A DNA stretch of 64,000 nt from an uncultured Chloroflexia bacterium (GTDB lineage Bacteria > Chloroflexota > Anaerolineae > Aggregatilineales > Phototrophicaceae): NCBI GenBank assembly GCA_963826685.1, contig CAWGYC010000016.1, positions 14,849-78,848 of the forward strand, read 5' to 3'. Under the pieces are notes generated by a model. That model saw nothing but the letters and a program-made list of their open reading frames with translations, searched no databases and was not told where the DNA came from. Made by a program: the position numbers and the translations under genes. Positions 1-9,100 of the stretch are shown here, piece after piece (position 1 is the first letter of the stretch; each line of letters starts with the position of its first letter).

Positions 1-488
1 ATGTAGCCCTTGTGTTCGTCGTAGTGCTCGTAAGTGTCGATCACGAACCAATGGCTGATCGGCTCGTCGTAAGGCGATCCGGGCTGATATTCGGAGTACG
101 GGCGCGCCAGATCGTCCTCGCTCAGCGCTTCCAGCTTGGCGATCACCCGCGCGTGGACACCGAAGAATAGCTGCTGCACATCACGCAGCGGCAGATCGTG
201 ATAGCGCTGCTGAATGATCGCGTTGATGGCGTCCCACTCGGCGTTGTCGAACAGATCGCGCGGGACGTCCATGTGCTCCCAGCGCGGCTTGCCGTCGAGC
301 AGGGCGTTGATGCTGTCCTCCCAGATGGCGAGGTGCACCAGATGATCCTTCGGCGTCCAGCCCGCCGGATCGCTCGGCGCGACCACCTGTTCGAAGGTCA
401 GCGTCGCCAGATAGCCTTGCAGATCGTCCCACCCCGCCGCGATCTTGGCGAGCAGTTCCGCTTTACTTAAGCTTGTTTCTTCGCTCAT
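1..488 (-). CDS. DinB/ClbS-DfsB-like four-helix bundle protein (3' end runs off window)
   Basis: Manual translation from ATG at 488: MSEETSLSKAELLAKIAAGWDDL...GWTPKDHLVHLAIWE...DTYEHYDEH. The W-x-x-K-D-x-x-x-H and C-terminal H-x-x-x-H motifs fit the DinB superfamily. Not in the ORF track because it is truncated. Confidence 0.75.
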   Translation of the reverse strand, partial: MSEETSLSKAELLAKIAAGWDDLQGYLATLTFEQVVAPSDPAGWTPKDHLVHLAIWEDSINALLDGKPRWEHMDVPRDLFDNAEWDAINAIIQQRYHDLPLRDVQQLFFGVHARVIAKLEALSEDDLARPYSEYQPGSPYDEPISHWFVIDTYEHYDEHKGY

Positions 489-556
489 CGATCATCCTTT
501 GCGAAAAAATAATCTTCCCCTGCTGCTGGATGTGCGCCGAATGGCAGTTCGTGAAA

Positions 557-584
557 GTAGGGGCGTTCAATTGAACGCCCCTAC
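557..584. repeat. REP-like palindrome, family A (GTAGGGGCG...CGCCCCTAC)
   Basis: GTAGGGGCGTTCAATTGAACGCCCCTAC is a perfect hairpin. Related copies at about 4199, 11176, 18549, 23185, 25641, 30709, 30740, 30793, 36126, 41520, 53145 and 54437. Confidence 0.85.
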
Positions 585-624
585 GGACTCCATAATCGGG
601 GGTTGAAACTCCCGGCACGCAGAA

Positions 625-1260
625 CTATTTCCCCATCCGCTCGACCGAGAAGTCGAGCGCGATGAAGTACGACTCATCGATCAGCAGCAGCTTCGCCAGC
701 CGCGACCGTCCGTGCTCGTCCTCGGTCGCGAACGACGAATCTTCGCTCAGCGTGTACTTGAGGTTGTGATGCGCCAGCACCTTGCCGACCCGCTCCGCCA
801 GCGGTTTCGGCATCGTGCCCAGCAAGCCGTAGCCGCTCTGGAGCAGGTCGACCAGCGGCAGCGCCCGGTTGAAATCCTCCGCCATCGCCACCAGATGCCG
901 CCACTGCCCGAAGGTGCTGACGTAAGTTTGCGAGAGGTCGAGCACGAGTTCGTAGAGGTCATCGGGCTTGCCGTCGAAATAGACGGCGACTTTCGGCGTA
1001 TTGTGGTGATACAGCAGGGGATGGTCGTCGATGAAGGCGAGCTTGCCGAACACGCCGAGGTTGACCCGGTGCTCGCGCACGCCCAGCACGCGGATGGCGT
1101 AGTCGTGCTGCGGGCGCAAGCCCTGTGCCTGTTCGTCGAAGCGAGCCGTCTCGACGATCAGTTGCAGTTCGTTGGGCGCGCCGCCCATCTGCGCGACCAG
1201 CAGCACGCCGTAATCCTGTTCGGCGGCGAGTTCGGCGAGGAGTTGTTCGCGCAGCGGCAT
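625..1260 (-). CDS. hypothetical protein (211 aa)
   Basis: Protein-like composition; 6 bp downstream of the metallophosphoesterase on the same strand. Confidence 0.75.
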   Translation of the reverse strand: MPLREQLLAELAAEQDYGVLLVAQMGGAPNELQLIVETARFDEQAQGLRPQHDYAIRVLGVREHRVNLGVFGKLAFIDDHPLLYHHNTPKVAVYFDGKPDDLYELVLDLSQTYVSTFGQWRHLVAMAEDFNRALPLVDLLQSGYGLLGTMPKPLAERVGKVLAHHNLKYTLSEDSSFATEDEHGRSRLAKLLLIDESYFIALDFSVERMGK

Positions 1261-1266
1261 CGGCGC

Positions 1267-2058
1267 TTACTGATCGCTGCCGCGCAGCTTGCCCGCCAGC
1301 CAATCGGTCGCCGGATTGCCCCGCGCCCGCGAGTCCGCGATCACCGCCTCGACGTCGAAGGGCACGGCGCGCAAATCGACCGTCACGGCGTCGCCCTCGA
1401 ACGTGAAGACGCCGTACTCCGCCTTGCCCGGCTGGTCGAACGAGACGCCGATGCTGCCCACGTTGATCACGCGCCAGTTGCGCACCAGCCGATCCATTTG
1501 GACGTGGATGTGCCCGCCGATGCCCATCCGCCCCTCGCGGTCGAGCAGGGCGTCGGCGATGGCTTCGTCGCTGGCGTCGGGCGTGATGGCGTTCGCCTCG
1601 TCGTCGCCGGGAATGCCGTGATAGCCGATGACGTAGTTGTAGCCCTCGATGTGCAGGTCGCACTCGCCGCGCAGCTTGTGCAGGAAGTCGTAGTCCTCGA
1701 AGCCAAGCTGAGCGAGACACCAGTGAATGCGATTGCTGAAATCGCGCAGGTCTACCCGCAGCTTGTCGAATTCTTCGGTGGTTTTCGCTGCGGGCCACTT
1801 CGGACGCAGCCCGTAGACCAGATAGCGGTCGGTGTTGCCGTGAATCACGCGGACGGTGTGCCGCTTCTCCTCGTCGTCCTTGACGGCATCGACCAGCGCG
1901 CTGACCCGCTGGACGCACTCGGCGGGGCGCGGACCGAAAGCGGCGAAATCGCCCAAAAACCACGTGTGATCCGCGCCGCCTAACGCCTCAAGGTCGGCGA
2001 GGACGGCGTCCAGCGCGGCGAGGTTGCCGTGAATGTCAGATAAAACTGCGAGACGCAT
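1267..2058 (-). CDS. metallophosphoesterase (calcineurin-like, YfcE/PrpA-like)
   Basis: MRLAVLSDIHGN, GDF, GNTD, YHG and GHIH motifs. Start placed at ATG 2058. Confidence 0.9.
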   Translation of the reverse strand: MRLAVLSDIHGNLAALDAVLADLEALGGADHTWFLGDFAAFGPRPAECVQRVSALVDAVKDDEEKRHTVRVIHGNTDRYLVYGLRPKWPAAKTTEEFDKLRVDLRDFSNRIHWCLAQLGFEDYDFLHKLRGECDLHIEGYNYVIGYHGIPGDDEANAITPDASDEAIADALLDREGRMGIGGHIHVQMDRLVRNWRVINVGSIGVSFDQPGKAEYGVFTFEGDAVTVDLRAVPFDVEAVIADSRARGNPATDWLAGKLRGSDQ

Positions 2059-2198
2059 CGACGTAGCGCTCCTTCTCGTTGCCAGAGTCAACTTTATTGT
2101 AGCGCAAGCCGCGCTGGTGCGGTGAAAATCGCTGTTTCGCCGAATGATAAGCGCAGGCTGACGGGCGGTTTGCTCACTGCCGGCTATTTGATAAAAAC

Positions 2199-2228
2199 AG
2201 AACGCCTGTACCGGAACTATGCTATAAT
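2199..2228 (+). promoter_or_regulatory. extended -10 promoter (TGcTATAAT) with an SOS-box-like GAAC-N4-GTAC over the -35 region
   Basis: TATAAT at 2223-2228 with TG at 2220-2221; GAACGCCTGTAC at 2200-2211; upstream of the AraC gene. Confidence 0.45.
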
Positions 2229-2269
2229 GTGGTCATACTGACCGGCTTCCAACCGAATGTCGCCGTGAC

Positions 2270-3061
2270 ATGATGCTGACTCTCAAATCAGAAGTTGGCT
2301 TTGACGTGGATGCTCGCCGACTAGACGGCGAGATCAGCCTGCCGGGTGACGAGCGCGCTTCCAACTCGCCGCTGGTCGAGCGAGTCTGGCACAGTCACAG
2401 TGAGCGCGGCGGCTCGTTCATCTCGACGGCGGGTAGCAATTGGGAAATCGTCGTCACCAAACGAGCGGGCAGCACGGTCTTGACCGTGCGCGGTCCTGAA
2501 ACCCGCGCGACCCCGGCGGACTGCCCGCCGGACGCCGATTTTATGGGCATTACCTTTAAAGCCGGAGCGTTTATGTCCCAATTCCCCGCCCGCATGGTGC
2601 TGGATCGCCACGACTTGAATCTGCCGCGAGCGGGCAGCCGATCCTTCTGGCTGGACAGCGCGGCGTGGGAGTACCCCAATTTCGAGAATGCCGACACCTT
2701 TGTTGCTCGCCTCGTGCGTGCCGGGCTGCTGGGGCACGATCCGCTGATCGGTGTGGCGCTGCAAGAACAGCCGTCGCTCTGGTCGCGCCGCACGATTCAG
2801 CGCCGCTTCCTGCAAGTGACCGGCTTGACCCACAACCGCGTCTTTCAGATTCAGCGGGCGCTCTACGCGACCAATCTACTCAAGCAGGGGGCGTCGATCC
2901 TCGATGCAGTCGAGCGGGCAGGTTACGCCGATCAGCCGCATATGAACCGCGCTTTCCGGCGTTTTGTGGGGCAAACGCCGGGACAAATCCTCAGCCGAAC
3001 CGTCGAGCAGCCCTTGTCGTTTTTGTTCAAGACGCCGCCTCTCTGGTGCACTATGCTGTGA
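2270..3061 (+). CDS. AraC-family HTH regulator (DUF6597-like N-terminus)
   Basis: C-terminal ...RTIQRRFLQVTGL...AGYADQPHMNRAFRRFVGQTP AraC signature; paralogue of 45133..45822. Confidence 0.9.
   Translation: MMLTLKSEVGFDVDARRLDGEISLPGDERASNSPLVERVWHSHSERGGSFISTAGSNWEIVVTKRAGSTVLTVRGPETRATPADCPPDADFMGITFKAGAFMSQFPARMVLDRHDLNLPRAGSRSFWLDSAAWEYPNFENADTFVARLVRAGLLGHDPLIGVALQEQPSLWSRRTIQRRFLQVTGLTHNRVFQIQRALYATNLLKQGASILDAVERAGYADQPHMNRAFRRFVGQTPGQILSRTVEQPLSFLFKTPPLWCTML
3014..3057 (+). promoter_or_regulatory. candidate AraC operator plus -10 for the downstream DHFR-family gene
   Basis: TTGTCGTTTTTGTTCAAGAC, then 18 nt, then TATGCT. The same arrangement occurs at 45824-45867. Confidence 0.6.
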
Positions 3062-3092
3062 GTGTTCATCAATTACAAAGGGAGACATTCAC

Positions 3093-3674
3093 ATGCGGAA
3101 AATTAACGCGGCATTGTTCATCACGCTTGATGGCGTCGTCGAAGCCCCCGGCGCGGACGATACCTCGCTGCCGGAAAAACGCGGTTGGTCGATGCCTTAC
3201 ATGAGCGATGAAGTCGGGCAGGTGATCGGCGCGGGTATGGCGACCAGCGACGCGATGCTGCTCGGTCGCCGGACGTATGAGAGTTTCGCCGCTTTCTGGC
3301 CCCATGTCCCGGCGGATGATCCTTTTGGTCAGGTCATGAACAATCAGACCAAATATGTGGTCTCGACCACGCTGGATCAGGCGACATGGAAGAATTCGCA
3401 CCTGATCAAGGGGGACGTGGCGGCGGAACTGTCCAAGCTCAAGCAGCAGCCCGGTAAGGACATCAACATCGTGGGCAGCGGGACGCTGACTCGCTCGCTG
3501 ATCGCCGCCGATTTGGTCGACGAACTGCAACTGATGCTCTGCCCGGTGGTTTTGGGTGTCGGCAAGCGGCTGTTCGAGGATGCCGACTACACCAAATCAA
3601 TGCAGGTGCTGGAGGTCAGAAGCTTCGATTCAGGGATGATCTATCTCCGGCTTGAGCCGCAAAAGCAGGGGTAA
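3093..3674 (+). CDS. dihydrofolate reductase-family (RibD C-terminal-like) protein
   Basis: MRKINAALFITLDGVVEAPG...LLGRRTYE...GSGTL...LVDELQL..CPVVLGVGKRLF; RBS GGAG upstream of ATG 3093. Confidence 0.9.
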   Translation: MRKINAALFITLDGVVEAPGADDTSLPEKRGWSMPYMSDEVGQVIGAGMATSDAMLLGRRTYESFAAFWPHVPADDPFGQVMNNQTKYVVSTTLDQATWKNSHLIKGDVAAELSKLKQQPGKDINIVGSGTLTRSLIAADLVDELQLMLCPVVLGVGKRLFEDADYTKSMQVLEVRSFDSGMIYLRLEPQKQG

Positions 3675-3684
3675 ATTCACCTTA

Positions 3685-3722
3685 CCCCACCCCCAACCCC
3701 TCCCCGAATTCAGGGAGGGGAG
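3685..3722. repeat. REP-like palindrome, family C (CCCCACCCCC..CCCCTCCC....GGGAGGGG)
   Basis: Hairpin after a stop codon. Related copies at about 30836, 35240, 41710 (reverse), 43518, 56643 and 57377, and inside each MITE. Confidence 0.8.
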
Positions 3723-3803
3723 CGTACCTCGCCCGTTTGAAGATTGGATGAACAGGCTAGGCGATGGTTCAACCTAGCGAAGTGGTTTCTGCCCCCGGCG
3801 CGG

Positions 3804-4118
3804 CTATATCCCCTCCGGCATTCGCGCGGCGGCGTATTCTGCCCACGATCCGCCCGGCTGGTCACGTTGATACGCGCTGGCGGTCTCGGCGAAGAACTGA
3901 GCGAGCGCGTCGACGGTGACCGCGTGCCCCAACAGCGCGCTGATCCCCTGCTCGACGACGTAACCAGCGTACCAGCGCGCCCAATCCTTGTCCTTTTCGC
4001 CGTGGTGCTGATCCTGCTCGGTGCGGCGATGCGCTTGTCCCGCCTCGACCAGCAGGGCGGCGATTTCTTCAACCCGGTCGGCTGCCACCGTATCCCCCAA
4101 TTTGCTCAATTTTGACAT
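3804..4118 (-). CDS. hypothetical protein (104 aa)
   Basis: MSKLSKLGDTVAADRVEEIAALLVEAG...DWARWYAGY; start placed at ATG 4118. Confidence 0.55.
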   Translation of the reverse strand: MSKLSKLGDTVAADRVEEIAALLVEAGQAHRRTEQDQHHGEKDKDWARWYAGYVVEQGISALLGHAVTVDALAQFFAETASAYQRDQPGGSWAEYAAARMPEGI

Positions 4119-4291
4119 CTTTATGCAGGCGTCACCCGCAATGGATGAAATTAATATAACATAGATCACAGCGACAGGTGCTGCGGGCGCCGGATGCAAG
4201 GGCACGGCACGCCGTGCCCCTACAAAAGATGTTCTCGGATTAGGACTTGCGTCGGTTTCGGTGGGTGAAATGGCTGTGTTATACTCCGATT

Positions 4292-4531
4292 ATGGCTGAG
4301 CAAGAATGGATCGAGCAGATACGCGCGCGTGGTTGGGGCGCTGCCTTCAGCACCGTGCTCGACGTGCTGGAGCCGCTCGGACCGCTCGGCGCGCAGCTTT
4401 TGTGGATCGCCCAACCCGCCGCCCGGCTGATCGGCGGCTGGGAGCTGGTGGGCGGGCTGGCGCAGGCGCTCGAAGAACCGGGCGGCATCGACCGGCTGCG
4501 GCAGCGGTTGGAGCAGGACGAGGCGCTATAA
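4292..4531 (+). CDS. small hypothetical protein (79 aa)
   Basis: MAEQEWIEQIRARGWG...LDVLEPLGPLGAQLLWIAQP; TGtTATACT -10-like motif just upstream. Confidence 0.65.
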   Translation: MAEQEWIEQIRARGWGAAFSTVLDVLEPLGPLGAQLLWIAQPAARLIGGWELVGGLAQALEEPGGIDRLRQRLEQDEAL

Positions 4532-4695
4532 CCTCACCCCCCGACTCCCGCTCCGTGAGGCGAGGGGGAGGAAGGGCGACCTCACCCCCCGACCCCCTCT
4601 CTACGCAGTGGAGAGGGGGAGGAAAGCGGAGATTCGCGGGCGAGGAGGGGCGTTACCTCACCCCCCGACCCCCTCTCCATGATGAGAGGGGGAGA
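4531..4695. repeat. cluster of three REP-like palindromes, family B (CCTCACCCC..CCCCTCTCC....GGAGAGGGG)
   Basis: Three tandem copies visible. Family B recurs at about 12270, 17300, 23210, 25590, 27710, 30620, 31927, 36048, 42075, 43590, 46538, 51304, 57986 and 62630. Confidence 0.85.
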
Positions 4696-4763
4696 CAAGC
4701 AATACGTCTGATGCGGTAGGGTCGGGCGGTTGACCAACCATTTAGGGACTAGCGGGGTTTAGA

Positions 4764-5558
4764 GTGGACAGCACAACGCAGGCACTCACGATTTTGATCA
4801 TACTGGTCGCTTTCGCCGTCAGCTTGATCGTGACGCAGTTTATCCGGCGGCGTAAAGATGCCTTTCCGCTGCGGGCGCTGCCCGCTTACGCGGCGATCCC
4901 GCAGTTCGTGGGCGAAGCCATCGAAGCCGGGCGCTCGATGCACGTCTCCTTCGGCGGTGTCGGCTTAGGCGGCAGCAGCACCGCGCTGACGCTGGCGAGC
5001 GCCGAACTGTTCTACCAAGTCGCCCGGCACAACGTCGCCGGGGCGACCATCCTCACCACCAGCGATCCCAGTGTGCTCCCGCTCGGCTATGGCACGCTGC
5101 GGCGGGCGCTGGCGAGCCGCAGCAGCGCGCTCTCGCGTACCGAACAGTCCAACAGTATCCGCTGGTATCCGGCGGGCACGCGCTCGCTCGCCTTCGCCGC
5201 CGCCCTGACGGGCGTGATCGGCGACGACCACGTTTCCGGCAACGTGCTGGTCGGCGATTTCGGCTCGGAACTGGCGCTCGTGCTCGAAGCCGCCGTCCGC
5301 CATCGCCAGACGACGATTGCGGGCAGCGTCGATCTCAGCGGGCAGGCGGTCGCCTACGCGATGGCGGATCGCAGCCTGATCGGTGAGGAGATGTTCGTTG
5401 CCGGAGCCTACATGGGCGACAGCGCGATCCAGCGCGCCAGCGTGGTCGCGCTCGACCTGCTGCGTTGGCTGGTGATCCTCGGTATTCTGATCGCGGCGCT
5501 CAACACCATCCGCGAGCCGGTGTCTGCCGCGCTGTCGCGCCTGCTCAGTGGAGGTTGA
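4764..5558 (+). CDS. DUF6754-like membrane protein
   Basis: N-terminal TM; LRALPAYAAI..GEAIEAGRSMHVSFG; LIGEEMFVAGAYM; C-terminal TM. Resembles DUF6754 proteins as I recall them (not searched). Confidence 0.75.
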   Translation: MDSTTQALTILIILVAFAVSLIVTQFIRRRKDAFPLRALPAYAAIPQFVGEAIEAGRSMHVSFGGVGLGGSSTALTLASAELFYQVARHNVAGATILTTSDPSVLPLGYGTLRRALASRSSALSRTEQSNSIRWYPAGTRSLAFAAALTGVIGDDHVSGNVLVGDFGSELALVLEAAVRHRQTTIAGSVDLSGQAVAYAMADRSLIGEEMFVAGAYMGDSAIQRASVVALDLLRWLVILGILIAALNTIREPVSAALSRLLSGG

Positions 5559-5561
5559 TCG

Positions 5562-6176
5562 ATGTTTCGACGGTTGGGCACTGCCATCACCACCGCGATT
5601 GCCATCGGCTTTGGGCTGCTGACCGTCTTCGGGCTGCTCTCCGGTTCCGGCGCGGTCTTCGACGTCACCAGCGTGCTGCTCCAGTTGACCATGATCACCG
5701 TCGCCGTGACCATCCTGTTCGGCATCCTGAATTTATTCGGGGTGCATCTGCGCCGGATCGGGCGGCGCGCCGGGGGCTGGGTCTACAGCCTCGCGCTGAT
5801 CGTCAGCGCGGCGGCGGTGCTGGTCTTGTGGCTGATCGGCAGGCGCGACGCCAACGCCGTGCTGCTCGAATCGGTGCAGGTCTCGGTCGAATCGGCGCTG
5901 GCGGGGCTGGTCGTGTTCGCGCTGGTCTACGGCGCGTTTCGTCTGCTGCGCCGCCGGGTGACGTGGAGCGGCGTCCTGTTCATCGTCGCGCTGCTGATCG
6001 TGCTGATCGGCGCGCTGCCGCTGCCGCAAATTACGCTGCTGCGCGAAGTCCGTGATTGGCTGATGGCGGTGCCGGTCAGCGCGGGCGCGCGCGGCATCCT
6101 GTTGGGCATCGCGCTGGCGACGGTCGTCACCGGCGTGCGCGTGCTCGTCGGGCAAGATCGTTCCTATCGTGAGTAA
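5562..6176 (+). CDS. polytopic membrane protein of unknown function (204 aa)
   Basis: About 5-6 hydrophobic segments; ends GARGILLGIALATVVTGVRVLVGQDRSY; 3 bp after the preceding stop. Confidence 0.85.
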   Translation: MFRRLGTAITTAIAIGFGLLTVFGLLSGSGAVFDVTSVLLQLTMITVAVTILFGILNLFGVHLRRIGRRAGGWVYSLALIVSAAAVLVLWLIGRRDANAVLLESVQVSVESALAGLVVFALVYGAFRLLRRRVTWSGVLFIVALLIVLIGALPLPQITLLREVRDWLMAVPVSAGARGILLGIALATVVTGVRVLVGQDRSYRE

Positions 6177-6182
6177 TTGGCA

Positions 6183-9100
6183 ATGACTCAAGACCCGAAA
6201 AAACTTCCGGCGTGGCTCCGTAAGGAGTCTGCGAACAAAAAGAAGTCGTCCCCGCCGCCACCCGCCGCGCCGCCGCCCAGCGATCCGCCCGAAGACGCGG
6301 CAAACGAGGAAATTCCGCCTTGGCTGCGCGAGGACCTGCCAGAAGCTGCGCCGCCCGCGCCGCCTAGCTCCGGGCTGAGGCGTTTAGCGCCGCCCCCCGA
6401 AAATGGCGAGGATCAAGGCGAGGTGGCGCCTTGGCTGCGCGGGTTGGACGAGCCGAAATCCTACAGCATTGGCGGGACGGAGCTTTCGGAAGAATACCTC
6501 GCTGGCGGCGACGAACTCGCCGCCTCCGACGAGTCCGAACTTACCTTCGACCTGTGGATGGCGGAGCAGACCGAATCGAAGCGCGAAAAGGACATTGAAG
6601 AAGAAGTCCCCGATCTGCTATCGGCAATCGAGGAAGATAAGAGTACCCCCGCGCCCCCGGTGACCGGTCAGCTTCCCGATTGGTTCTTGGGGCTGGAGGA
6701 ACTCGACACCAGCGACGCGCCCGAATGGTTCAACGCCGAAGCGGAGCCGCCTACCGGAGCCAATGAGCCGCCCCCTTGGATCAGCGACATGGTGGAGGAA
6801 TCGAACGCGCCCGCCGGAGCGCCCGCCGATGATATAGCCTCCTTCTTCGACTCGCTTGGCGGGTCGCCTCCGGGGTCGACGCCGCCGTCGCGCGCAGCGG
6901 CGGACGACGAAGGCGAACCCGACCTCAACTGGCTGATCGATCAGCCGCCGCTCGACGTGGGCAATCTTCCGGTCGACGACTTCTTCGCCGAAGTCCCGGA
7001 CACGCCTCAGGACGATGACGGTACGCCGGACTGGTTTTACCAATCCGGCGCGGCTGCGCCCTCTGATGACGACTCGTTTGCCGACCAGTTGGACGACTTC
7101 GCTGAATCGGACGCCGAGGCGGATGCCGAAGCCCATGCCATACCAGCCGTCGAAATCCCGCAGAACGAACTCGACGCTTTCTTCGACAACCTCGCCGCCG
7201 ACCGCGCCGCCCACGACAGCAACGAGGATACCGCCGACATCGAAGAACCCGATCTGGCGTGGTTCGTCGACGAAACCCCCGCCGAGTCGGAAGCGCCCGG
7301 CGACGACATCCCGGAACCTGACCTTGAGCTGTTCAGCGAGGATGACCAGAACACGCTGAACTGGCTCAACGAACTGGGCGGCATCGTTTCGTCGGCTTCG
7401 CGCTCGTCCCAGCCTTACCAGTCCGAAGCGCCAGCCTCGTTCGCCGACACGCCCGACGACTCATGGTCGCTGCCCCCAGCCCCCGCCGAGGACTTGAACT
7501 GGTCGAACCTGCCGGACGATGCTGCCGATAGAGCCGCCGCCGACGTCGCCCCTGAGGACGACTGGCTCCGCGACATCGCCCCCGATCAATCCGAGGAAGA
7601 CGACCGTCCCGACGAGTCGGATACCCTGCCGCTCTCTCCATCCGGGCTGCTCCATCGCAGTGGCAATCAGCCGGACTACTCTGCTCCCGCCGAAAGCGAG
7701 CCGGACGAGGTCGTGCAGATAGATTGGGAGGACTCCGCTCCGGGAGCTGGCTCGTCCGAGCCGCCTGCCGCCGTTGAGGAACCGACCGCCTACGAGGAGG
7801 CAACCATCGACGAACAGGATGATCGCTTCGCACAGGACAATGCCGAGGAGGACGCCGCCATTGAGGTGGACGCTGCCGACGCGGAATCGGATCAAGACGA
7901 CGACTTGATTCCTACGGACGAACTCCATTCCGGCTGGCTGACCGACGATTTGCTGGCGGAGGCGGAATTCTCCGACGCTTTAGCGGAGCCGGGCAGCGAA
8001 GCCGCGCCCGCCGAGGATACTTCCGAGCAGTCGGACGACGACTATTTGCAGGCGCTCGCGCAAGACGATCTCTTTGGCGAGATCGGCAGCGACGACGCGC
8101 CTGACGATGACTTCTTATCGGCGCTAGGGCTGGATGCCGCCGACGAGCAGCAGCCAGAAGAAGAAGCCGACGAGTCTGCGTATGAAATGCCCTCTACGGG
8201 CGATCTGTATGCCGAATTAGGCATGAATGCCGCCGACGAGCAGCAGCCAGAGGAAACCGAAACGTCCGACAACGATCTGTTCGGGCAGTGGAACGACCAG
8301 CCCGAGGAAGAAGCCGACGAGTTTGCGTATGAAATGCCCTCTACAGGCGATCTGTATGCCGAATTAGGCATGAATGCCGCCGACGAGCAGCAGCCAGAGG
8401 AAACCGAAACGTCCGACAACGATCTGTTCGGGCAGTGGAACGACCAGCCCGAGGAAGAAGCCGACGAGTCTGCGTATGAAATGCCCTCTACAGGCGATCT
8501 GTATGCCGAATTAGGCATGAATGCTGACGATGAGCAGCAGCCAGCGGAAACCGAAACGTCCGACAACGATCTGTTCGGGCAGTGGAACGACCAGCCCGAA
8601 GAAGAAGCCGACGAGTCTGCGTATGAAGTGCCGGACTTGTATTCGGAAATCGGCATGAATGCTGACGACGAGCAGCCAGCGGAAGCCGCCGCGTCGGACG
8701 ATCTGTTCGGGCAGTGGAACGACCAGCCAGAAGAAGCAGCCGACGAGTCTGCGTATGAAGTGCCGGACTTGTATTCGGAAATCGGCATGAATGCTGACGA
8801 CGAGCAGCCGGAGGAAACCGAAACGTCCGACGACGATTTGTTTGGGCAGTGGAATGATCAGCCGGAGGAAGAAGCCGCGCCAGCGGACGGTCTGTTCGAG
8901 CAGTGGAGCGACCAGCCGGACGACGAAGAAGCTGCACCAACCGACGAAGCTCCCGCCGAATCCGAGCCGGAAGCCGAAGCGTCAGCCGAAGCGTCAGCCG
9001 ATTTCTTCAACCAGTGGGGTGATCAGCCGGAAGAAGACAAAGTTTCGCTGGAGGATGGGTTCTACGCGGCGCTGCAAGCGCGCGATCAACAGCCGAAAGC

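Noticed and set aside
712-1983. Long opposite-strand ORFs (also 12365..13462, 14362..15273, 42219..43283, 48030..49283, 54553..55581 and many others)
   Set aside because: Shadow frames of well-supported genes in high-GC DNA; R/A/G-rich with no motifs.
8157-8864. Possible CRISPR array
   Set aside because: Units are contiguous, multiples of three, in frame and lack unique spacers; this is a protein repeat.
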